Shown here one piece after another: positions 35,442 through 47,500 of a stretch of DNA of 64,000 nt. This stretch comes from Magallana gigas (Eukaryota), in assembly GCF_963853765.1 (NCBI RefSeq), contig NC_088854.1, positions 34,534,001-34,598,000 on the forward strand. Reading direction: 5' to 3'. The notes under the pieces are model-generated. The model saw only the letters and a program-made list of their open reading frames with translations. It was not told the origin of the DNA and made no database searches. Position 1 is the stretch's first letter. Every line of letters starts with the position of its first letter. The translations under genes were made by a program, and so were the position numbers.

Positions 35442-38149
35442 ATTGTACATGATCGAATGCATAAACGTCAAAGATTGTAAAACCTAGTAAATAGAATAAT
35501 ATACCAGAATATAATTTTTCATGATTGTATAATTATATTATCCAAATACATGTATCTGTGCATTTAGCTGTATTGTCTGGGATAGAAGTGCAATATCGAA
35601 TGTGGAATGTTTTGAATTCGCTGATCAAATTTATAGTTTTATACATGCATGCTATCATAATAGATCGACAACATGTAAAAACTTGTTGCGATGCCCCCCC
35701 CCCCCCCTTTTTCTTTTACTTAAAAACCTCCGCTCACTGTTGTCAGACATACCATATAACATTTTCATCAATTGTGAATGTAAATGAACTTGCATCGGTT
35801 CATTAAAAATCTTGATATTACTTGCTCCCATTGTCTGCACTGTTTCGGAGAAGGCAACTATTTCCTAACGTCATGACGTCAGGCAATCAGTTTTTACATG
35901 TTGCGAAGACAGGTGGGGACATACTCCTTAATAATTCAGTTTTTAAATGTAAACTTAAGAAAGAAATGTTTGCTATGAGAAAAAGTGGGATGGGCAGGCC
36001 TCCCTGGCCCCCTTATGCTACGTGCCTGCCATAATTGAGTATTCACACACGAACAAGCGTGGCCTGAGCAGTTAAACCAGTCAGTAATTAATCAATCGAT
36101 ACAGTATATCTGAAATCGTTTAAAAAATCTAATAGTTTTGATTGCATTATAGTTTTGAGAATAAAAAGATGAATATAATGATAAGAATAAAGTGATGGTT
36201 TGTGTAAATATTTGATTATGTGTATTTGTTTTATTTATCCATATATGGTATTTGTATCTGTATATATACATTTATATATTTTACATGTCTATACTTGTAT
36301 GTATTCATATAAATTATGTTAGGCGCGCCTGGGTCTATACTACCCGGACGGGATTTGGCATTGTTACACATGCATGATATGTGCATATGATTAATCAGCA
36401 GCAATTGGCAATATTACTAATTGTCGATTAGATGTATTGCGGGGATTTGGGCATAAACCTCTATCTACAATAATGGTAATTATCACATTCTTAGATTTTA
36501 TATGATATTGCTCATATCTTTTTACGTTTGTTTTACGTTATTGTTATCTACACACAATATAATGTTACTCATTAAACCCTTAAACTTCGTTATTCTTTTT
36601 ATCCTTCCGAACTTGGATTATCTACGGGACTAACCTTTAGATAGTCCTGTTGCAACAATAAGAAGACGATTGCTCATTTTTGTTTTCGTTTTGAGAAGTA
36701 CCAGTATCCTATTGCCTCGAGAATTTACCATAAATATTTCAAAACCTTTGTAAATGACAGCATATCAATAAAAAAGAATAATTTCTTTGCAAATATCATT
36801 TCAGAATTATTCTTCTAAAATGACTTAAAATTTGATAAGTTTTAAGCCCCCCCCCTAATATATTACTACAATGGTAAAATGCATCTTCGCTAGCTAATGG
36901 TTTCCGATACACCCCGCTTCTTATGAGAAGCGAAGAGTATCGGAAACCCATGGCTTGCACAGATGGGTAAAACGATGCCTTATATGCTTGACCAAACTTT
37001 GAAGGTCAAGTTACAAACGAAATACAGATTTAAAATCTTTGTTATGTAGATAAGCTGAAGTCTGGACCCCCCCCCCCACACACACACACACGCTTCAATT
37101 AACATACTAAAATTACCGAATATGGCTTTGACTCCCACTGTCACCACCTACCCACCCCTTGCAAAACTAAATATCCCTAGGACTCTCCATTTCTATCTGA
37201 AAAAAAAATCAAGATCCGCGCATAAAAACGTTCCCTGTAATTCAAGGGTAGGTTTTCTCCAGGGTACGCTTTCTCCTGGTATCTCTGCACGCCATCTAGC
37301 GTTAATTCAGTGCAAGATAGCCGACGGTAATAAGTGGAGGATTGTAGATTACCTCTCGACGGAGAGGGTGTTTGAATCATAGTGGGCGTTTTCTTCTTAT
37401 ATTCTGCACTTTTGCTAATACAGTGGGAAATTGTTTGAGATTACGTTGTAATGTTTACAAAAAAATCCATAGAAATGAAACTAAAAAGAAAAGTATGAAG
37501 CATAACTGTGCATTTGTTATGGTTATATAAATGCATTTCTATATTGAATATGTACTGATGCACACCTTAAAATGTAAGTTTTTAAAAAATATAATTTATA
37601 AAAGTCGTTTAAATATCCTAGGTACAGGGGATTTGACAAGCATTGTATGCTCTTCTCCTCTGCTTATTTCTTAAAATTCGCCAATTCTATTCAATTTCTT
37701 TTTAAAACCATTTGTTTGTCATATGATATTAGGAGCACATGTGAATCGAGTTTTAATGTTATATGGTCAGTAAACATTTGAACTTGAATATTATTTCTGT
37801 TATCCCTGCAAAATAAAGACCTACTAGTATTGCTTTATAATGTATTTCTATATATGCACTATATTATATCTCGTAATAATTTGCTGAAATTTCAACTTTT
37901 GAAGAGGCCGTACGTGATAACGCAATTCTCCTTTTTTTTTTGGGCCATGACACTCATCATTCCGTAAAGATCAAGGCTTGCTGACTTTTGTCACGCACAA
38001 AATCAATCCTGCAACCTAGATCATTGGGATGACAATTTAAAGCTGATCACAAGTTTTTTTATGTGCTTAATGATAATACTAAAATTGAACAGATAATTAT
38101 ACATGTAGTTCCTCTTTTCGATTAGAGGACACTTTTTTCTTTGCCTCAC

Positions 38150-38645
38150 AGAAAACTAACACGGTTGACTTTTGACTATGCAGGAAACCAGCAAAACTGT
38201 TCCAAATCCAAGAGATGATTTTAAGCCTGTGTATGTTCCGAATTTAAAATCGTGCTTCTTAACAGTTCATGCTAATGAACATGCCTGCACACAGACATGC
38301 ATGACATAACCTACATCCTTTTTCAGTATCACTTTTGCATACCTTGAAATAGTTTGAATGCACATTCTGTGTGATTGTATTTTGTGGAATGGATTATATT
38401 GAATCTTCAAAATGCTTGTAGATCGTAATAAATTTTAGTGTTCGACTGGGGCCCCTGACTTTGGGTTGCATGTTAGAGCTGGCGGCTTTTAAAACTGTTT
38501 ATACATACATGTATAGGGTTTGTCAGATAAATCCAAAACGGTTCCTTTGAAAGATAGTTCATGGTTTGCCATTTTTGTTTGTATTAAAAGAACTTTAAGA
38601 ACATCATCTGTAACATCTTCTCCATTTACCTTAAATTCAGCTCAT
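38150..38645 (-). pseudogene. Decayed reading frame of unknown origin
   Basis: ~165 codons in one minus frame with 3 stops (AEFKVNGEDVTDDVLKVLLIQTKMANHELSFKGTVLDLSDKPY..CIQTISRYAKVILKKDVGYVMHVC..). No splice context or family recognised. Confidence 0.3.
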
Positions 38646-40663
38646 GTAATGTACAGTAAAAACCACGAGGACATACTTGATTTAATAATTATATCTTATT
38701 GAATAATATATTGAACATTCAATTTATCTTTACATGTTAGAAGAACTTAGAATTTTCTCAAAGAGCGATGCTTATTATTAGTGTTATTTACCTTTGTTAC
38801 GATGAACTGCTCTCATTTATAACTGATGTTTTTTTTTTATAATTGTTTACATGGAAAGTGTTTTTTCCCCGCTAGATATTAATGCGTATTGGGATTAGAT
38901 CCTTAATGACCTTTTGCTCCCTAAACCGTTCACATAGATATGCACGATTTTACTATTCTGTTGATGCATGTAAGGAAATACATATAATGCATATATGTAT
39001 GTATGTGTATTAACATTTGTAAATGTAAATATGCAAGTGTACACTTTAAAAAACTATTTTATGACGCATCATAAACAATATTTTTAAATTTAAGAAAGCA
39101 ATATTTTTTGGTTGACAAATGTTTATAATACATTAGACATAAATTAACTCCAGAGAAGACATGAATTTAGGTGAGTAAATTTATTACAGAAATGAATTTC
39201 ATAGTTTTTAAATTCATGCCCATTTTTGCTCTTTATCATCAGTACATTTTTAGATTCACAAAAAGAAAGATATTTGCAAATGTAAATTTATTAATGATAA
39301 AATTCACTTCAAGTTTTACTGAAAGTTACAAAATATGACATCTTAATCAAAGCTCAATGAATAAGCAGAACGAACGTCGAACGAGTAAAAACAGGAGATA
39401 GAGAGACTGGTTGTTCGGCTAAACAAATCAAGACTTTTGGTTATAGTTTAAAGTTTTTCGATAAGGTAAAGATCAAAAGATCACCAAAAACATACAGTGC
39501 AAGCTAAAATAACCTGGCGGACCACATCGCTCATAGTTTTTAACAAATACCATGTAAAACATGAGCATCGCATGAAAGCGGACAAAACGGTATTTGTAAG
39601 AACGACTGATGTCTCAGCAACATATGAACAGGTATCGCTCATGGCCGTCCAACGTATAAGGAATCGACAATAAAACTCATCTCACGGGTTGCTTGTTGTT
39701 TCTCCGTCGCAAATGTTCCTGCCTCGGAGTATTGAAGCGTATAAAACAGATACTGAAGTTTCCATCAACGTTATACACAAGTACGCTATCAATAGTTTGT
39801 TCTAAGTTATCATTTCCGTCTTTTGACGATTCTTAACGAAAATGCAAATACCTTCCAAACTACAATTGATCGGATTGAAATTGATAAAAGCGAAAACAAA
39901 CCTTCTACATGTGCATAATCACGAATCACGCCATATCTTTTTACCCGGAGAAACTCACAGGAACGAAATCACATTTCCTACGGAAAAAAATTTACGATAT
40001 TTGATATGTGAACTCATCCGGGACACCCCATGAAATTCTAATGTTATCATCCGTGGGCTTTCATGTGAAAAAAAAATCTTCGTTGACTTTATATTTAAGT
40101 AGTTCTTAAACCCAACAAGATAGAGGAAGGGTTTCAATAGAGAAACCAAATATTTTTTTTATTCAATTTTGTGAACAAATATCGTTTTGACCCTAGATTA
40201 TTCACTAATATGTAATGCAGAGTACATGCAATTTTAAAATTTTGTTGCATAGACACTTTGGGACGGAGTTAACAAACTTCATTGATCGAACCTTGTACTA
40301 GTCAAGCCAGAGCAGAACCGCTTTATACTTGGTTGTGAATGAGGTCAACGAGAGATTAACGAAAGAAAAATACAGAAAAAGAAGTTCGCGTATTTCTTAT
40401 CTTATTCCGTTTGTATCTGTTCAAAATTTAAACATGTTAAAATTTTTTAGCCCGATAAAACAGAGTTCACCAAACATTATCTAAAATTGCTATTGAACGT
40501 ATACACATAATCAATGAGGTAATGCCGCAAACAGAAGACAATTAAGGAATGGTTTCAAGTGCCCCCGTTTCGACGTCTAGGAAAAGCTATTCGGCGATGC
40601 GTGACTGGAGCTTAAAAAGCAAGTGCAAGAAATGAATAGAAATATTTGGCTCATATCTATTCT

Positions 40664-41280
40664 CTATTTAAGATGATGCCATCGATGTTTCACATTTTCT
40701 GGATCTATTTCCCGATCAAGCTGTAAAATAATATAATCACTGAGTAAAACAATTGTCGAGCTAGTTAAGTTTGAATTAAAAAAGTAATGCATTTAAATTG
40801 TAGTAACTTTGACCATACTAATGACTCTTTCATTCGGTTATTCATAAAAAGATGTTAAAGATATTCGCTACAATTCACATAATACATCTGAAATACCTCG
40901 GCATCCGCAACCTTTCTATGCTTTCGACTGGGTAGAAATCCTGTGTTTCCTTTTGGTACTCTAGCATATTCGGAATAATCCTCCATATGGTAGGAATTTT
41001 CCAATATATCTTTCCATGACAAAGGAGACCTTGTGTCCTTCCTTTGTCCTGGTGATGACAAGGGATACCAGCCATTTACCCGATCAGATTTTGTAGTTTT
41101 CATCTTTAAAAGAACATCGAATTGCTGTTTCAGACTAAGTAAAGAAATAAATTTAAAAAAAAGACAAATAAACCAACAAAACAAATTCCGGTTAAATCCT
41201 GCAACATGAAACGTGATAATGAAGTTAATCTATATCGTAAAGAAATAACATTTTATTCACCATCGCTTTATCAAGTCACA

Positions 41281-41347
<67 letters not shown>

Positions 41348-41881
41348 CCTTTTTAGTTTCTTTGCTGTTTTTCAAATGAAGCACAAGCATATTGGATGCA
41401 TACTGCAAGATATTGGGAACTTCCTTCTTCGAAACCTTAAATAAATTCAAATTTTGGTGTACATACGGTTTGAATACTTAGTTATTTTAATTAAAAGGAA
41501 TTTTTGTGTTATAAAATATACAATTGCATTCTCCTTCACATATCATGTATCCAAATTTGAAGTGCTTACACGTTTTGTATGGAGGGATGACTTGGACCCC
41601 GTAGACATAAACGGTGAACTCCCCAGTGATGTGTCGCCATCTGCTACTGCACGGGCATGTGCTCGGCTCGCCGCCGCCAGGGCTTTATGTATTTCCCAGC
41701 GGTTCTGTAGATAGTTTGGTCATTTTGAATGTTGGTTATCGATATGCACTTACACTGTACGGTGATTCTGACAATTTTATCTATACAGCCATACCTTAGA
41801 CTTGTCTATCTTAGATAAATCTATCTTTTCATAATTGCTTCTTTTCTTAGGTTTCAATCTGTCTTTCCGAGCTTGCTTCAG
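40664..41881 (-). CDS. Four phase-0 coding exons (distal 3' end of gene B or end of a separate uncharacterised gene)
   Basis: Exons 41881-41795 (LKQARKDRLKPKKRSNYEKIDLSKIDKSK), 41704-41570 (NRWEIHKALAAASRAHARAVADG..), 41124-40897 (QFDVLLKMKTT..RKHRKVADAE) and 40720-40664 (LDREIDPENVKHRWHHLK*). All are canonical YAG/GT and join in frame. The upstream exon is not resolved. Confidence 0.7.
41285..41345. repeat. (TA)n microsatellite
   Basis: ~30 TA units. Confidence 0.95.
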
Positions 41882-41996
41882 CTGTAAATTTACACAAAAC
41901 TGCTTATGAAGTTACAATAAGAAAGGTTAAAATGGAATGATACAGATTATCTATATATCTCTATATATACAGTATTCATTTTAGATGACGATTGTA

Positions 41997-43030
41997 AACT
42001 AGATGCCATATTGTTGCAAGCAACGGACAGGTCTTCCGTCCAATTTTCAGTATCAAATTGCCAATATACATGTAGGTCCCATTTAAGTGTCTCAATGTGC
42101 ATGGCCGACCCTTTTCAAAATCTAAATATGATTTCTTTATTTGAAGCGCCACTTAGTATTAAAACGTCACGATGAACATCTTTGCTTAAAAATGCTCCAC
42201 AAAATCTCAAACGTTTTTGAAATACATATGTATCTAGAAAAGACTTTTGGCCCCTAAACGTCCCTAATTTAAGGGCTTGTCCTTTCATCTGGACATCCTT
42301 GAAAAAGTCTTAGTATTGTAGTTTTCTTCTACTAGTCAAATCAACATGTTCTTTGTCTAGAAATAAATGAAACACTCAGTTTTAGGTGCAAGCCACTTTA
42401 CTTCCTAATACGAGTCATTTTGATTGTTTTGAAGATAGCATGTTGTTTAGAATTGAATTTCAAATCATTCTTACTCTAAAAAGATGCGAAAAGTATTTTT
42501 CGTTTAAAAATTACATAGTTTCAAAGTTTTAAGATTCTGGTTCCTTAAGATTCCTTATTTCGTAAAATAAAGAGTTAAACAGTTGTAAAAGTCAAGATGA
42601 ACATTTTTGCTTAATGTTGCATAATACTCAACAAAATCTCAATCGTCTTGTGATATCTAGACTTCTCTCCTATAGGTCACTTATTAAAGGATTGGTCCTT
42701 TATCTTGATATCATTGAAAAAGTCTTGGTATTTGCATTTTTTTGGTTCTTCCAGTCATATCAAATGTTTTCCTTGTTTTACCGCAAAAGAGACAATCAGT
42801 ATTAGGTGTAGGTATTTGTTATTTCTAAATTTGTATTTCAAATGCTCAAGGATTTTCCACTCAGTTTTGCATGCGAAATTCCAATTTAATTCCCGCGAAG
42901 GCATGTTTTTAGGTTACCAAAAAGAAACCAGTATTTGCGTGTGTGTGTTTTTAAGAAAAATTAATTGTTTGTTAATGAAACTGCCCACCAATAAGAGTCC
43001 AATAAGTAAAATGAGTGGAGACGAGTAGAA
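41997..43030. mobile_element. HINE-like repeat with a diverged ~430-bp internal duplication
   Basis: Starts AACTAGATG..GTTGCAAGCAAC..GGACAGGTCTTCCGTCC (short palindromes). 42170-42360 resembles 42595-42780. The right boundary is uncertain. Confidence 0.4.
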
Positions 43031-44213
43031 CAAATACTGTTTACTTTAAAACAGAACAAATAAGAGATATTCTAGTCTCGGTTTAACAAAACATGACATC
43101 TTACATGTACAAATATGTTTTAGCTAGATATATTTCATTCAACCGAGGAATGTAGTATCAATTCGTCAGTAACACCAATACTAAAGTCGTTAACACACGG
43201 TGAAAACTCTGATTATTATCGGACTATTTTGGCATATTAAAGTCTGGTTAACACTTGTATTACTTGCAATAAATTATCAACATATATTACTGTTCGCTAA
43301 AATGATTCAAGTCCTAGCAAGTCAATACGATTTAAAAAAATAAAAATGCTGATTCAGGTGGATTTAGGAGCGGCCTGGGCCAGGCTATGGCATCAACTCG
43401 TCCTGGAGGGCAATAAAGAATATTTCTGATTATTTATTTATTTTGTCTTTATTAACTCGAATCAAAGTTTCACATGACATAAATCAGATACAGTTACGTA
43501 CAGTTATACATTTAAGTACAACTAAATGTTTCATTTTATTAAAACGAAATATGAACGCCTAGGATTAAGCACAAAATTAAGATATTATTACATATCACAT
43601 TTGATAAATGAAGTGACCAATCAAGTTAATGAATTACTAAGAATAGGAATTGAAAACGATAATATAATTACTCCATTAATGCTCTTTCCATTCTACAGCG
43701 TAGCAGACTGCAGATAATTTAAAACTAAAGGAATACATGTTTTTACATTATAATGATTTTACAAAACGTAGCCTTATACTCTGCAGTATGCTTAATTCAA
43801 TAAACTGTACATTCAATTTTGAAATTGATATTTGGTTATCAAAAGAACATGAACAAAAGGCTTGCTATCTAACCTAGTCAAAAGTTTTAAGCCACTCCCT
43901 GCATTTGTTTTTGAGATACCCCCTCTAACTTAAATCCTTTCCCAATGACCCTCCGTTTGAAAAAAACTTTGCCCTTCATTCTCTTTGTAGCCCTTTTCAG
44001 GGTATTTATCCTTTACTCAGGAAGTTTCTTCTGTTGTTTTTAACAATAACCATCAGATTTTTTTTATACAATGAGCCCCTATTTTTCAATTCCTACTAGC
44101 AAGCTTTGATTTTGAGGGAAGTTCATGAATAATGTGTTCACTCTTTTAATTAACACAACAATTTCTACAAACATGGTGGACATTACTTATAATTTATGAT
44201 GTAAGTTAACGTA

Positions 44214-44424
44214 TACTGTGGTTTCATTAATTTTCGTGGGTATCAATTTTCGTGGATTTTCTGAAAACCACAGTTTCAAGGATACGTAATTTCGTGGCCA
44301 ATGATCCTATCAATACAAATTGTTAGTTGAAATTGAACTTCAATGAACATTTAATTTCGTGGATCAACTTAACAACGAAATCGACGAAAATTGGTATTCA
44401 GCGAATATTGATGAAACCACAGTA
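44214..44424. mobile_element. TA-flanked MITE (Tc1/mariner-type)
   Basis: Termini TACTGTGGTTTCAT ... ATGAAACCACAGTA; internal AATTTTCGTGG repeats. Confidence 0.8.
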
Positions 44425-44588
44425 ACGACTTGAATACGTGGTTAAGTTAAGGAATCAAGGAATGATGAAGCATATATGTACAAATCAATATAATCAACAT
44501 CTATCACTGAATTCATTTTCTGTATCATTGAGTTTTATGTATTTTCACTAGCTTGTAGAGTAGAGTCTAATTCGTTTATACTAATAAG

Positions 44589-47500
44589 TCAATTTTTGTC
44601 ATTCGGTGGCGACGAACGTTTCTTAGGCGAAGCATTCCGAGTAGCAGTTCTTTCAGGTTTTGGAGATTTTTGTTCAACTTGAGGCTGATCTTTCCAATAC
44701 TTAGCCCGGTCATAAAGGTAATCAAGGCTTTGGTTTGATGCAGCATTTATGTCTTTTTCTACACGCCTTCCTGCCGATGATTCTGTAAGAAAATATCCAT
44801 CGATATGGTATTAGTGAAATAACAGTATTATAAAATTTTTGTTTTACATAACTATTTTCTGGAGGGGGATAGGTTTTTCACCAACTGGGAGAATGGTAGT
44901 CGGGGCACTTTCATATTGGAACGTACTTCCTATCAAAGTAAACAATAAAATCAAGTAAAAGTTTTATAAATTCTTTCCCAGATATGCTACCTAACAACGT
45001 AGTGCAATTGGTTAGAGCTTTAATTAAGAATCTGTAAGTCATTAGTCCGAATCCCGCTCGGGCTTTTAAAATGTTCATCTTTCCAAATTCTATAACACTT
45101 TTTGGTCAAATTTAGAAAATTCTAAACGGATGAAAGTTGTTTGATTATATTGTACTTTTATACAGATTAATAGCGACATGTGTCCTATACCATCATAAAA
45201 TCAATAATTATTAAATGACAAACTTGGGCTACTAAACTGCAAAAGCATAAAATTTCCAGTTTTAAATAATTTATTTTTTCCATTAGTTTTTTATTGTTTT
45301 ATTATTGATTTTAAATAAAAATTATAAACAATAATGCTTTATATTATTCCATTTTAAAATGTGAAAAGACTAATGTGTATCATGGCTTCAAAATCACACG
45401 CTAATTAGAAACGCATGAAAAAATGGGAAAAGGCAACAGCAAGAACAATAAAATTACAGAACTTAAAGTTAAAAGTATCACGTGCCTAAATTGATTAACT
45501 TTTTAAAATTAGGATTTTTTTCTGTTTATTTGACTTTGACAAAGAATTTGTTCGTTTGTCTCTTTAAATGCACTAACAAGTAGCATACAAGTCAGATATC
45601 AAATAAAATAAAATCTTGTTTTTTTCACAAAAGGATACTAAGCACAACTTTAACAAGCAGGATTTTTTCTTGATAAAACTAATCTTAGATATAAACACAA
45701 TTTATGAAAATAAACAAAACATGTGTGTGCTTAGTGTCTATTTAAATATGTATGCACCAGCTATGCTTTAAATATCTAATTAAGTAGTGTCATTTTCTTT
45801 CTCATATATCATTTTTGTTTGTTATAGAGCAAATACATTGTTGAATTTATACCAAATATATTTTATCGCTGAAAAGATATTAATATAAAAATTAAATTTT
45901 TTTGAATTTCTCAATAGATTTCTGGTAGATTAAACTCTTTCCCTACAAATCAAAGAAAGGTAAAAAAAAATCGGTCACAAAGCAATAAATATGCTAAAGA
46001 AAAAACAAAGGGATTCGGACAGATACGAACGGATCAATGTAACGTGCGATTAACTGGCTTGCAATTGATTGTGTTTTTTGTTTAAAGAATTGGTGCAAAA
46101 AGAAATTATACATCAGAACATTGTATCGATTCACGATGATAATTTTATGAGCTTTAAAAACAAGGTTAGCACCATTAGCTTTAGCAATATCTAGGAATAT
46201 CTTCGAATTAGTGTGAATTTAAAATGATGAGACGCCTATTTCATCAATTCTTTGATTACAAACAAAACAAATGATAAAAATTATATATTTAAACTGGATT
46301 AACATTTCGATTTTGTACAGCTTTAAGTATGCAATAAAGAAACTATCGTTAATAAATACTTGTACACTGTACTCTTTTGTGAAAACTGGAATAAATCGCA
46401 ATCAATCAAAACACAAAATAGGCTTACAAAAGCCTATTATATAAGAATATCAGACACGCTTTTTTAATCAATGTATGTGTTTTTTACAAATCAATTAAAT
46501 AATAAAATCAGGCGTGAAGTAGAAACTCCGTTTAAAACACTCAGGCGATCGGTCACATGGCCTAGAATGTAAACTATTAAAAAACCAATCCCATCATTAT
46601 GTAGAAGTTGTTTTATATTTTTTCTTTATAGTTTATTTAAATTGTTTTTTTTTTCATTTTGTATAATTTGTGTTTTTAAATAGGGAACAATTGTCTGCAA
46701 AAACTGGCAATTTTCATTGGGCATTTCCAGTGCGTAAGGCTGAGTGTTGTTAAGTTTGTGATGCTATCTGTCTATCTGCATTGATCACGAGCTTTAAAAC
46801 TTTACTCAGTTACTGTGCTGTCAAGATGCTATTGTTGATTTGATGGTAATTTGAAAAATTGTTATAAAAAATATACAAAGATGTAGTTTCAATTTCATTT
46901 TATAGAAATAAAGAAAATATTTTTAGCCAAAAGGCATGTCGTTCTATTTATCTTTTAAAGAAAAAAAGCCCCTATTCCTAGCTTTATCACTTTTCTAATT
47001 AACATGTGAAGGTTAACTTAAGAGGGCTGGATGCTTGTGGCCATTTTTAAACTATACATATATATCCTTAAAATAAAAGGCACTGTATGAAGATATAGGA
47101 NNNNNNNNNNNNNNNNNNNNNNNNNNNNNNNNNNNNNNNNNNNNNNNNNNNNNNNNNNNNNNNNNNNNNNNNNNNNNNNNNNNNNNNNNNNNNNNNNNNN
47201 NNNNNNNNNNNNNNNNNNNNNNNNNNNNNNNNNNNNNNNNNNNNNNNNNNNNNNNNNNNNNNNNNNNNNNNNNNNNNNNNNNNNNNNNNNNNNNNNNNNN
47301 NNNNNTTCTAGCATAGTCAAAGTACTGCTTATCTGCATACAGCTCCTCAAGAAGTAATTTCCATTTGTTTTCGGACATTCTAACCCTGTTTATTGCTTCT
47401 AAGTCGATAGATTGGCCTCCATGAATGTCCCCAAACATATCGCTCCAGTACATCTGTTTACGCTTCCGATGAACTCTTTGAAGAGGTGGCAAGTCTTTCA

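Noticed and set aside
32484-36028. CACGTAGCAT/poly-G ends as the true TIRs of the Sola2-like element
   Set aside because: No TSD, and the same end type appears independently at ~13950-13987; more likely separate MITE fragments.
37230-37290. SINE core-like GGTTTTCTCC(A)GGGTAC motif
   Set aside because: Too short and degenerate; no tRNA head or tail visible.
41960-42012. MASSLQSSSKMNT as first exon of a separate gene
   Set aside because: The phase fits, but the ATG lies within the terminus of a HINE-like repeat and the donor (ACT|GTATAT) is weak.
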